From: Eledone cirrhosa
Lineage: Eukaryota
Assembly (NCBI GenBank): GCA_964016885.1
Contig: OZ024746.1
Span: 30,876,001 to 30,940,000 of the forward strand
Reading direction: 5' to 3'
DNA length: 64,000 bases
A program made the position numbers and the translations under genes. Of this stretch, positions 43,197 to 56,547 are shown one piece after another. Every line of letters starts with the position of its first letter. Within the stretch, counting starts at the first letter, position 1. The notes beneath the pieces were generated by a model. The model ran no database searches, was not told where the DNA came from, and saw only the letters and a program-made list of their open reading frames with translations.

Positions 43197-43464
43197 CATT
43201 TTCTTTTCATCGTTATTTCCGCTTACAGAAACAAAAGGTGTGAGTTCGACCGCCACGCGTGCTGGTACCCATTTTTTTGTGTTCTTGGTGATTATATTCC
43301 CTATTATTTGATTATTGTCTGTATCAAAAAATGCGCCGTCTTCTGAACATACACACTTAAAGAGAGAGACGTTGGTGAGCTGGTTGTTGTAAATGGTACC
43401 ACACTTGTCCAGTAAACAAGCAGCCTTGGTTCGACTCCCTTGCATGCTGATGATATATTTTTTT
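43197..43464 (-). CDS. Candidate internal coding exon of an unidentified gene (Cys-containing)
   Basis: Acceptor tttttaatctacacag at 43465; donor ATG|GTAAGT at 43196; open, non-repetitive frame KKYIISMQGSRTKAACLLDKCGTIYNNQLTNVSLFKCVCSEDG...EKKM. Confidence 0.55.
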
Positions 43465-43965
43465 CTGTGTAGATTAAAAAAATACGGCGAAAGCTTCTAA
43501 ATCAATGTTTACCATGAACATATTTCCATCATTGATCCCGGCTCATTGTCATTGTATTGATTTCTGTCTATGATTGACATAGAGAACATTATAAGAGCTA
43601 GTCTCTCTCTTTACCGCCGGGGTGTTCTCAGTTTCTCTTACCTCCCACAGAGATTTTAGAGGGACCACAAATTAAAGGTTTTATGAAGCCAGACATATAG
43701 AATGGCAACAAGAAGAGTGAGTAGCAAGTATGAGATGTAGTGGAATTGGAATTAAGTAGAAGTGTCGATGTATATCTCAATGTGAAAGGAGAGTACAGTA
43801 TTTTACTGGAAACCCAGAAGGAGTTTATCGACTCCAGAAGGATGAAATGTAAAGCTGACCTTGACGGGATTTGAACTCAGAATGCAAAGAGCGAAACAAA
43901 TATTGAACAATTCTGCTAATCCGCCTCCATAAAATAGTCAGTGTATTTCGTATAACCAGGTTTAC

Positions 43966-44023
<58 letters not shown>

Positions 44024-44152
44024 ATATATATATGATATATATATATGATATATATATGATATATATATATGATATGATATATATATACTACAACCCTAAG
44101 TATTGAGTACTCTGGGGTGTTATGGTCCATCTGGTTCCTTACCACAACTCCG

Positions 44153-44200
<48 letters not shown>

Positions 44201-44259
44201 CAAGGCTCTGATACCATCAACACTATAAACACAGAGCTGGCATATCTAAGAACTGACTA

Positions 44260-44315
44260 ACTGCCTGATGAGGTCATAGCCATTCAATGGCTATCATCGA
44301 AATATATATAGCAGT
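44260..44315 (+). ncRNA. Type I hammerhead ribozyme (element 44196-44370)
   Basis: actgc-CTGATGA-ggtc-atagccatt-c-aatggctat-catc-GAAA-TATATA-TA-gcagt. Confidence 0.85.
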
Positions 44316-45186
44316 AAATAAAGGATTATGAGTTCATGCAATTGACTTATGTTTCGTCACTATATATATATATAATATGACCACCTTCAGCATAACTTAA
44401 TTAAACTACTCTATAGTTAATACACTTTATGCTTTAAAAATCTCTCTTGGAAGATGCGCATCACCATAGAATTTAGAGTCTATATTGGGACACATTTTAA
44501 TGGCTAGATATAGAAACCCCAGAGTTACCTCCCCGCACGCATTAACTCCCCTTTGCCACACACACACTTCCGGGCGGTATTCAATGGCGTTTCTAGAAAC
44601 GTAACAACCTCCTGTATCGAACTAAAGAACACCAGACTACGATCTCTAACTGGATTGTCGTGGATTACGTGAAGGGCATATAATCGAAAAATACACTCCC
44701 CTGACCATGAAAATGCCGAAGTACATGAAATACTTGACATCCCTGCGCTGTGCATCTCCATTACTTATAACACTTTTAATGCTTGCACTATCTTTAATGC
44801 TTATAATATTTCTCCACACACAGACTATATCAATCATATAAAGAATTTGCCACCAGATCTACCAACCTAACACTCTTATTTACTTACCTAAGTGCCTCTA
44901 CCACACATATCTCTCTGCCACACTATATAAACAAGACGCACATGCGTGCCACACATATAACATTTGCACTATATAACCGCTTATCTTCATGTTGTATTTT
45001 AACCTATATTTTTGATTTTTGATTGTACCTATTAATATAAATGTAATCTCGAAGTGTGTACTGCCACTCTAAATTCTGTAATGAATGTTGACCCACAATG
45101 TTTGAATATGTATCAATGTTTGAATATGTATTGGTATGTCTCTCGGCTGAAAGGGAGGTCATATAACTGTCCATGCATTAATAAAT

Positions 45187-45233
45187 TGCTCCGAAGAATC
45201 CAAACCTCGGTTTGGAGGAAACAGCTGTAAGCA
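45187..45233 (+). ncRNA. Hammerhead ribozyme variant (U4C) near the end of element 44385-45282
   Basis: tgct-CCGAAGA-a-tccaaacc-tc-ggtttgga-g-GAAA-CAGCTG-TA-agca. Confidence 0.75.
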
Positions 45234-45273
45234 CAATAATGTTTTGAACAGTTCTTTGATTCTTATATTTCAT

Positions 45274-45350
<77 letters not shown>

Positions 45351-45410
45351 CTCCACAGTTAATTTATTTGGCAATCAATGTTTATCAATGATTGACCAAC
45401 GGTTAAAAAT

Positions 45411-45444
<34 letters not shown>

Positions 45445-45446
<2 letters not shown>

Positions 45447-45637
45447 CGAAGGAAATGTGCGTCCAGAATTAGCCGTCGAAACGGCTTGAGCTCAGCCGTC
45501 GGGGTCTTACTTGTTCCTGAATGAAACAGTACTAGTCCTGTAGAAGTTCCTTCTATAAAATAAAAAAATTTTACTCTGCCATGTATTGAGTACCTTACTT
45601 ACTGTGGTTATCCCCGACTCAACCCGGGACCTACGTA
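45445..45637 (+). mobile_element. Chimera of family H and family K elements
   Basis: 45461-45518 matches family H; 45517-45637 matches family K (reverse complement of 24250-24370). Confidence 0.8.
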
Positions 45638-45696
45638 TATATATATATATGTGTGTATATATAGAAGTAGTTACACAACAGTTAGTTCACCATACC

Positions 45697-45732
45697 GAGA
45701 ACAATTGTTTCACCTTCGCGGATCTTCAGCTC
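45697..45732 (-). ncRNA. Minimal type I hammerhead in fold-back element 45660-45818
   Basis: gag-CTGAAGA-tcc-gcgaa-ggt-GAAA-CAATTG-TT-ctc. Confidence 0.75.
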
Positions 45733-45815
45733 TGGAAACAATTGTTCTCGGTATGGTGAACTAACTGTTGTGTAACCACTTCTATCTAACTCGTCCCTTG
45801 GACTGAGTGCTCTAC

Positions 45816-45940
<125 letters not shown>

Positions 45941-45992
45941 TTAAAAGACACTTGTGGATAGTGCAGTTTTTAACCTTCATATCATGTCTTCC

Positions 45993-46063
45993 TGTTTTAT
46001 CTGATGAAAACACAAATATTATTGCATGATGATATTTGTTTTTGAAATGCGCATAATAAAATA
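45993..46063 (+). ncRNA. Type I hammerhead ribozyme (element 45939-46190, distant family J relative)
   Basis: tgttttat-CTGATGA-...acaaatattat..atgatatttgt...-GAAA-TGCGCA-TA-ataaaata. Confidence 0.85.
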
Positions 46064-46187
46064 CATGGAACTCTTTTAACCATCTTTTGTTTATATATTA
46101 TGTATACTCCAGTCCTACAAACTGTAGAGTGCTTCTTATCCGATATCTGCATTGCTTTATTGTACTACAATAAAACTCACCTCCTAC

Positions 46188-46271
<84 letters not shown>

Positions 46272-46657
46272 AGAGTATATATATATATATTTAAATCTAT
46301 ATTTTTAACCGTTGGTCAGTCAACGATAAACATTGCCAAATAAATTAACTACGGAGATATAAAAGATACAGAAGCAAAAACCAACCCAAACCAAACAGTG
46401 AGTGTGTTCTGTTATTATTTCTGGCAATATCATAACAATATGACCCTCCCCAAGTATAACGTTGTCGTCTTTGTTGTTGCTGCTGTTGTTGTTGTTGTTA
46501 CTGCTCTTGCTGACCTTGTTGCTTCTGTTGTTGGTGTTGTACTATTGTTGTCTTTGTTGTTGTTGCTGCTGTTGTCATTGTCGTTGTGGTTGTCATTGCT
46601 GTTGTTGTTGTTGTTGTTGTTGTTGTCATCGTTGTTGTTGTTGAACCTATTCTTCAG

Positions 46658-46689
<32 letters not shown>

Positions 46690-47556
46690 ATATGTGTGTG
46701 TGTGTGTGTGTGTATGTGTGTGTGTGTGTGTGTGCATATGTGTGCGTGTTTGTGTGTCTGAGTGGTATATGTGTGAGTGGGGGGGGGGGGGTATGTGTGT
46801 GTGGGAGGTATAAGTGGGAGGTATGTATATGTATGTGTGTAGTGTCTATGTGATGATATATATATATATATATATATGTATATGTCTGTGTATGTATATA
46901 TGTGTGTATGTATATGTGTATATATATATATATGTGTGTGTATGTATGCATATGTGTGAATATGTCTGTGTATGTATATGTGTGTATGTGTATATATATA
47001 TGTGTGTGTATGCATATGTGTGTATATGTCTGTGTGTGTATATGTGTGTCTGTATATGTATATATATATATATGTGTGTGTGTGTATGCGTATGTGTGTA
47101 TATGTCTGTGTATGCATATGTGTGTATTAATATGTATATATATATATGTGTGTGTGTGTGTGTATGCATATGTGTGTATATGTCTGTGTATGTATATGTG
47201 TGTATGTATATGTGTATATGTATATATATATATATATATATTTATGTGTGTGTGTGTATGCATATGTGTGTATGTATATCTGTGTATATATATATATATG
47301 TGTGTGTGTATGCATATGTGTGAATATGTCTGTGTATGCATATGTGTGTATGTATATCTGTGTATATATATATATATATGTGTGTGTGTATGCATATGTG
47401 TGAATATGTCTGTGTATGCATATGTGTGTATGTATATGTATATATATATATGTGTGTGTGTGTGTGTATGTGTGTATGCATATGTGTGTATGTATATGTG
47501 TATATATATACATATATATGTATGTGTGTGTGTATGCATATGTATGCATATGTGTG

Positions 47557-47636
<80 letters not shown>

Positions 47637-47869
47637 CATATGTGTGTATATATCTGTGTATGTATATGTGTGTATGTATATGTGTATATATATATATATG
47701 TGTGTGTATGTAGGTATATGTGTGTATATTTACCGCCATTTCTCAAGGTGTAACGCCACTATGCCTCTGTCATCTCCACACAATGACAGGTGTTATAACT
47801 AATATTAACAATAACTAAAAGCTGCACTGAATTTCTCACCTCATTTTTTTTCTCTTTATATTTATATAG

Positions 47870-47918
<49 letters not shown>

Positions 47919-47984
47919 TGCTCGCGCGCGCGCGCACGCACACACACATACACACACGCGCGCACACACACACACACATACACA

Positions 47985-48025
<41 letters not shown>

Positions 48026-48031
48026 ATACAC

Positions 48032-48063
<32 letters not shown>

Positions 48064-48268
48064 GTAATATATATGTATATATATATATATATATGTAATA
48101 TATATGTATATATACATATATATATATGTGTGTGTGTATGTGTGTGTGTGCGTATGTGTGTATAAATATATATATATATACTACATATTTTATATTTTGT
48201 TTCTTTTTTCGGCTTTTCTTGTTTTGTTTTTGTTTTCCTGTCTTTGTTTATTATTTTAATGTCTCCCC

Positions 48269-48379
<111 letters not shown>

Positions 48380-48477
48380 ATGTGTGTGTGTGAAAAATAT
48401 GGGGAGAAGAATACTGCATGGTTGCACATGGATAACATGTTATAAAATGAGTCCCTCATCAGTGATTTGCCAACGGT

Positions 48478-48552
<75 letters not shown>

Positions 48553-48556
<4 letters not shown>

Positions 48557-48754
48557 AGTAAGTAAGACCCCGACGGCTGAGCTCAAGCCGTTTCGACGGC
48601 TAATTCTGTACTGATTCAGTACAGAATTAGCCGTCGAAACGGCTTGAGCTCAGCCGTCGGGGTCTTACTTACTCCTATTACCCACTCTACTACCCTAAGT
48701 ATTGAGTACTTTGGTGCGTTATGGTCCACCTGGTTCCTTACCACTTTTCATTCG

Positions 48755-48756
<2 letters not shown>
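48553..48756. mobile_element. Family H fold-back element
   Basis: Palindrome centred near 48615 plus a right-hand tail. Confidence 0.8.
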
Positions 48757-48817
<61 letters not shown>

Positions 48818-48989
48818 GAGGATGTGGGGAGACATTAAAATAATAAAGAAAGACAGGAAAACAAAAACAAAACAAGAAAAGCCGAAAAAAGAAACAAAAT
48901 ATAAAATATGTAGTATATATATATATTTATACACACATACGCACACAGATGTAAATATATTATATATATTTATATATATATATTATATA

Positions 48990-49170
48990 GGCGGTGGATT
49001 GGCAGTGTTGTCGGATGCCATGCTTTGGCGCATAGAGTTACGGCCCTTGCCATTCTGAGTTCAAATCCCGCCGAGGTTAACTTTGCCTTTCATCCTTACG
49101 GGGTCGATAAAATAAAGTACCAGTAATACACTAGGTAATTGCTGGCCTTGTGCCTAACGTAGAAACAATT
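48990..49170 (+). mobile_element. tRNA-derived SINE (3440 family)
   Basis: Matches 3440-3630. Confidence 0.85.
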
Positions 49171-49192
49171 ATATATATGTATACACACACAA

Positions 49193-49231
<39 letters not shown>

Positions 49232-49420
49232 GTAGCTAAGTGGTTAGAGCGTCGGATTTACAATAGTGTGGTTGAGTTCGATTCCGCGTCTGTGTTGTAT
49301 TCTTGAGCAAGACACTTTATTTTACGTTGCTCCAGTTTACTCAGCTGTAGAAATGAGTTGGACAACATTGGTGGGAAAGTTTCTCCATGGTCATTCGTGA
49401 CCGAAAGGAGTCTTTACCCT
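49232..49420 (+). mobile_element. tRNA-derived SINE (2850 family)
   Basis: A box tagctaagtgg, B box gagttcgattcc, core cttgagcaagacacttt. Confidence 0.7.
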
Positions 49421-49434
49421 CAACCTTACATTAT

Positions 49435-49541
<107 letters not shown>

Positions 49542-49596
49542 AGAATATATGTTTAAAATACCAAAGTATTAAAGATATTCAAACATTAATTAAATA

Positions 49597-49992
49597 GGGC
49601 AGAGGATTGGCAGTACCAGTAGAGGGTCGGACGCCATGCTTTGACGCATAGAGTTACGGTCCTTGCCATTCTGAGTTCAAATCCCGCCGAGGTTAACTTT
49701 GCCTTTCATCCTTTCGGGGTCGATAAAATAAAGTACCAGTAATACACTGGGTTAATTGCTGGCCTTGTGCCAAAAGTAGAAACAATTAATTAAATGAACG
49801 GTCGGTGGATTGGCAGTATCGGTAGAGGGTCGGACGCCATGCTTTGCAGCAAAGAGTTACTGCCCTTTATGATCTGAGTTCAAATCCCGCTGAGGTTAAC
49901 TTTGCCTTTCATCCTTACAAGTTCGATAAAATAAAGTACCAGTAATGCACTGGGGTAATTGCTGGCCTTGTGCTAAAAGTAGAAACAATTAA
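49597..49992 (+). mobile_element. Two tandem tRNA-derived SINEs (3440 family)
   Basis: Copies at 49597-49788 and 49800-49992. Confidence 0.85.
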
Positions 49993-51015
49993 TTAAATGA
50001 ACGGTCAATACAGGAGGGTAGAAATGTCTTTTCTAAATTGGGAATTAATATATATATATGTGTGTGTGTGTGGCTGAATATAATAATGATAAAAGGGACG
50101 ATTTGTTATGTCTGGTGAAGAAGAAGAAGAAGAAGAAGAAGAAGCAACAATAACAACAACAACCAGCACAGCCACATCAATAACAACAAAGAGAAGAGCA
50201 GAGAAGTTATAATTAACGGATATGCATGAATGAGGTGGCGTGTGTGCAGCTATGTGTAAAGATGTGTTTAGAGATTGACAAAGAAACGAGTCATTAAATA
50301 TGGCCGATTTAACGCTTACAGTTGGCGCAAATTATAATATAACGAAAAGAAAAGTCTTATAATTTGGAAGAAGAAACATATGTACACATACATAGACGTG
50401 AATAATAAAACTGAAGGCTTTGTGGGTAGGATGTTCGGCTCACGGCTCAGACCGACCTCATAAGGTTATGAGTTCGATGTTCGATCCCAGGCGGTACGTT
50501 GTCTCCGTGAGCAGAACATTTTTTTTGTTTTCATGTTGTGTCTCCTGTCCACCCAGCTTGCAAATATGAGTTTGTACCAGTAATTACTGTTGCATGAAGA
50601 AGCAGAAGGAGCAGAAGAAGAATTTAGAGTTCCCGGCAAGAAATAAACAGTTGATTTGAAAAAGGGCGGGAAAGAAAAGGTAAAATAATTTTGAAGACGG
50701 AATAGACATACACAGACATGGATCATCAAGAAATACCTGTTGTTGTTATTATTATTGTGGTTGTTGTTGTTACTGGTGCTGTTGTAGTTGTTCTTTGTGC
50801 TGCTGCTGGTGTGTTAGTTATAGCGCGACGGCAAACAGTTACCGGCAAAAAAATAAACCGTTGACTTGAAAGAAAAAAAGCTTATTATTATTATTATTAC
50901 TCGTATACATTTTAGACTAATAGAATGTTGTGATTCACTTACCAGACCGAAACGTCTCATTCATTATTTACCCCCCCCCCTACTTTCTTTCACTCTCTCT
51001 CTCTCTCCTCTCTCC

Positions 51016-51070
<55 letters not shown>

Positions 51071-51240
51071 AATAAACAGTAAATTGTGTTTAAAATTACA
51101 AAGGTTCTTTCAACCCTTGTAATTTTAAACACACAATTTACTGTGTTTATTTCTACATATACTATATAATGCTCAGTATCTATACTTTGATCTTATTAAT
51201 TACAGGGTATTAATATGAGTATCTAACTCTGCCTTTTATT

Positions 51241-51295
<55 letters not shown>

Positions 51296-51301
<6 letters not shown>

Positions 51302-51746
51302 CGTAGTTAAGAAAGCCACAACAATGCAGAGGGAAATCTCGAGGTAGGAAGTGAATGATAGATAGGAGAAACAGGTGAAAGTGAAAATTGAGAGAGACAA
51401 AGATGAAAACAAAACAAAGGTAGAAGGGTTACCGTAGTGGAGATTTAATCCCAATATTTCGGGCTCACGCCCATCAACGGGGGAAAGTTCCAAAAGGGGG
51501 GAACAGGCCAAGCAGAGAAAGTTGTGATGTCGTTAAGACAACGACATCACAACTTTCTTGGAACTTTCCCCCGTTGATGGGCGTGAGCCAATATTGGGAT
51601 TAAATCTCCACTACGGTAACCCTTCTACCTTTGTTTTGTTTTCATCTTTGTCTCTCTCAATTTTCACTTTCACCTGTTTCTCCTATCTATCATTCACTTC
51701 CTACCTCGAGATTTCCCTCTGCATTGTTGTGGCTTTCTTAACTACG

Positions 51747-51751
<5 letters not shown>
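51296..51751. mobile_element. Fold-back element in (TA)n with a degenerate HHR (51449-51484, minus)
   Basis: About 200-bp arms centred near 51538; tccc-CCGTTGA-t-gggc-gtga-gccc-GAAA-TA-TT-ggga. Confidence 0.65.
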
Positions 51752-51805
<54 letters not shown>

Positions 51806-51953
51806 AAAAGGGCGAGCTGTTAGATCTTCACTACATTTATTGAGGTGTGACGTCGGAATCTGTTATAGTAACAGAACTACGACGAGCTTTTGATTTCAGA
51901 GTCGGGCCCGTTCGATACAGATCGAACCTTGAGCTGTTGTAATGAAGATCTAA

Positions 51954-52067
<114 letters not shown>

Positions 52068-53265
52068 TTAAGGTGTTCGCTCCAATATAGTTGTATACAT
52101 ACAAATATGTAAAGTTTGTATATCGAATAATATATATTCGATATTGTATTGTCCCAATTGTCTTGGGTCTTTATGGCCAGTAAAACAAATAATTATTATT
52201 ATTCAAAGTACCAGTAACGTGCTGGGGGTCGATTTGATCACCCACCTCCGCCAAAAAATGTTGACCTTATGTCTAAATCAGAAACAATTAATTATTCTTC
52301 AATACATTGCTGCATTTGTTCCTGATCTTTATATTCTGTGTTCAAATTTCCAGGGTCAATAAAGTACCAATCAAGTATTGCGATAGATATAATCGATTTT
52401 TCCGCTCTCCCTACCCTACACTATAAATATTATTGGCCTTGTATCTAAATTACAAAACCTCGATAAGTGAAATCGTTACAGTGTCGGATAAAATGTTTTG
52501 TGACACTTCGAGACTTACGTTCTCAGTTCAAATCCCACCGAGATCGACACAATATATTATCAGCCAAGTAATAAGATACAATCGATTTCTCCATTCACAC
52601 TTCACTTCTATCCCCCGAAAAAATTGCTGGCCTTGTGTCTAAATTAGAGACAATTATTAAATAGAAAAAAGTTGAGATATTTATTTATTGATTGATTTGT
52701 TTATTTATTTATTTATTTATTTATTTATGTATTTGCTGATGTAGTTCTCTCCGCGCTATCATCTCGCCAACCCGCAAACCCCTGGCTTTGAAGAATCCCA
52801 TGTTTGTTGAAGATCTTCTGGCAGTAGATTCGTATTGTTGACGGGTGAGAAGGGTAGGGATAGTGTTGGAAGAAAAACAAGCAAAATTATGCTGAAAAAA
52901 AATAAAATGAAAATCTAAATGATTTTATTTCAAATGTCAAGCAGAAATATGGTGTATGTGTGGAAGAGTTAAAGTAACGCCGATAGAAATCTGTCCAATC
53001 ACAACATTGGATTTCGATAGGAAGTGATAGGACGCCATTAGCAAATGAGAAAACAAAAAAAAAACACTACCATCGATCTGTTTTTTGTTGTTGTTGTTGT
53101 TGTTGTTGTTATTAGTGTTGTTGTTGGTGGTGGTGGTATTGGAATTGGTGTTGTTGTGATTGTTGTTGTTGGTGGTGGTGCTGGTGTTGATATTAGTGTT
53201 GATGTTGTTAATTGTGGTTGCATTGGTGCTGGTGGCGATGGTTGGGGCATTGTGGTACTATTCTT

Positions 53266-53296
<31 letters not shown>

Positions 53297-54179
53297 CAGT
53301 AGCAGTAGCAGTAGTTGTTGTTGTTGTTGTTGCTGCTGCTGCTGCTGCTGCACACGTAAAATACACACATGTACGCCCAAAGAAACATATACACGAACAT
53401 TCGCAGAATTATACACACAAACTCACACTTACGCACGCATAGAATTATACACACGCGTGCATACATACATACATACATACACACATACACACACATAGAT
53501 GCCTTCATGCATACATACATGCATGCACACACACACACACATACACACATACATGCATGCATACATACATAGACTCTACAAAATCAATAAAATACGATTT
53601 AGTCGAATCTGTGAACATGTTTTCCTAAAGTAACCAATGGTATGTATGTATGTATGTATGTATGTATGTATGTATGTATGTATGTATGTATGTATGTATG
53701 TATGTATGTATGTATGTATGTATGTATGTATGTATGTATGTATGTATGTATGTATGTATGTATGTATCTCTGTATGTATGTATGTATGTATGTATGTATG
53801 TATGTATGTATGTAGGTAGGTATGTATGTATTTATGTATGTATGTATGTATGTATGTATGTATGTATTTATGTATGTAGGTATGTATGTATGTATGTATG
53901 TATGTATGTATTTATGTATGTAGGTATGTATGTAGGTATGTAGGTATGTATGTATGTATTTATGTATGTATGTATGTCTGTAGGTATGTATGTATGTATG
54001 TATGTATGTATTTATGTATGTAGATGTATGTAGATGTATTGATACATGCATACAAACACACAAATGCACACACACACACGCACACACACACACACACATA
54101 TATATATTTATATTTGTGTGTGTGTGTGTGTGTGCATGTGTATATCATCAGCATGATTTAACATCTCTCCCTCTCTCTC

Positions 54180-54245
<66 letters not shown>

Positions 54246-54254
54246 CATATATAC

Positions 54255-54314
<60 letters not shown>

Positions 54315-54579
54315 CGTGTGTATATAATATGGCACCATCATCAGACACTATCCTACCACGTTTTAACAGCAGGAATATCCTCTTGGGATATTGTTGTGGA
54401 TTATCTCAGCAGTTTTGGTAAATGTCACCAAGAGCAACAACAAAAGCAGCTGGAGCTAAAGCAACGACAACAATTACAACAACAACAACAACAACAACTC
54501 CAACAATAACTCCAACAACAACAAGAAGAGTTAGGACTTCAGTAACAACACCAACAGTCGCAACAACAACAACAACAGA

Positions 54580-55060
54580 AACTGTAGCAGCACCATCACC
54601 ACCTACAGCAACAACAACAACCATAGCAGCACCATCACCACCTACAGCAACAACAACAACAACCATAGCAGCACCATCACCACCTACAGCAACAACAACG
54701 ACCATAGCAGCACCATCACCACCTACAGCAACAACAACGACCATAGCAGCAGCTGTAGCAGCACCATCACCACCTACAGCAACAACAACAACCATAGCAG
54801 CACCATCACCACTTACAGCAACAACAACGACCATAGCAGCAGCTGTAGCAGCACCATCACCACCTACAGCAACAACAACAACCATAGCAGCACCATCACC
54901 ACTTACAGCAACAACAACGACCATAGCAGCAGCTGTAGCAGCACCATCACCACCTACAGCAACAACAACAACCATAGCAGCACCATCACCACCTACAGCA
55001 ACAACAACGACCATAGCAGCACCATCACCACCTACAGCAACAACAACACCATCAACAACA
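54580..55060. repeat. Triplet-based minisatellite (unit 39-51 bp; translates as TTTTIAAPSPPTA)
   Basis: Tandem copies; open on both strands. Confidence 0.9.
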
Positions 55061-56117
55061 CCACCATCATCAGGTTATCGTGGTCGATAAATAATGTACG
55101 AGTCCATGAACGAATCGATTGTTGAAATTATTAAATAGAATCTGATGGCATACCTTGCGGTATTTATTTTTGTTCTGTATGTTCTCGCCTCTGTAAGATG
55201 TTTGGATCGTTACATTGTATTAATAAAGGATCAACGATCAATGTTCCAAGTGGAACAGCTCACTCGTAAAATTAACGTTTATGCATTCTATAAAGATTTT
55301 GTACATTTAACGTAGATCTCAGGGCGATTCGGTTTGACAGTCTGTGACAATGCGGGCCCAGTAAATTACTGGTACAGTAGATCAAAATAGTTTCTGTCAA
55401 CCTAATTTCGCTCACAAGGCTTGGGTCAACCCGTGGCAAAGGTAAATGACACTTGCTCAAGATGTCACGATATGGGATCGGACCATGGACCTAATGGTTG
55501 TGAAGCGAACTTCTTAACCATTCGGTCATTGCTGTGTCCAATGGAAATATAGTCTCCTTGGTTCGATCTCACGATCGGGTCCTTTTCTTTCCTTCCTTTT
55601 TATATTTCTCTACCTTCTGTCTTTTTTTTTTTTTTCTAATTCTGGTGCCAAATGGTCAGTCTACATCCTAGAAAGTCTCTTATTTTTCTCTCAAACAATT
55701 ATATCTAGTCCTGGGTGTTACAGTTTTTTGTCTGCCTGTCTGACTATATTTTAGTATCCCATAAGATGCTTACTTTTTAATTTTCGACCATTTTCTCTGG
55801 TCTCTGTTAAGTAAAGTGTCTGAAGACATCACCAAATGGCTCTCTCTGATCAGTTTAACAATACACCTTGCAACACCACTGAAAGTATGTTTACCTTGGC
55901 ATACAGCCAGTCAGAATATAAACCTGTGTGCCGGATAGCTGAACAGGAGGAGTGTAATGGCTGGCTTAATGGTCACTGATACAATGTGGCCCAAAAGTCA
56001 CGAGACCATTTCAAAATAACCTTTTTTATTTATTAAATATTCACATTTATTGAAAAAATTGATTGTAAAATTATATTTTAAAATAGTTTAGTGACTTTTA
56101 GACTTCCATGTAGATAG

Positions 56118-56230
<113 letters not shown>

Positions 56231-56547
56231 TGTTTCTTTTATTTGCCACCAGGGCATCAAAAGTGGGACAAGTACAATGGGGGAAGTTTACAAAACAAGG
56301 TGTCCTCAATAGGGAGGAGGCAATAACAATATATAAAAAAAATAAAATATAACAAAAAAAAGAATTATAACAAAATCCTCAATAGAGGATTTTGTTATAA
56401 AATATAACAAAAAATAAAATTTATAACAAAATCCTCAATAGAGAGGAGGCGCCTTGGGGGGTCGCACACACCCCCGAAAAAAGTGTGCAACCCTTTTCCT
56501 CAGGAGCACAGAGAGGGGGTGCTCCCTCGTTCCTTCCTCTTTTCCAC

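Noticed and set aside
49232-49290. tRNA gene
   Set aside because: A/B boxes continue into a SINE core and no complete cloverleaf is visible.
54422-55090. Mucin-like 222-aa ORF
   Set aside because: Entirely triplet-based repeat open on both strands; an exon cannot be excluded but there is no positive evidence.
55640-56030. Possible Tc1-like transposase remnant on the minus strand (GRQKTVTPRT)
   Set aside because: Single weak motif, multiple stops, no TIR pair found.
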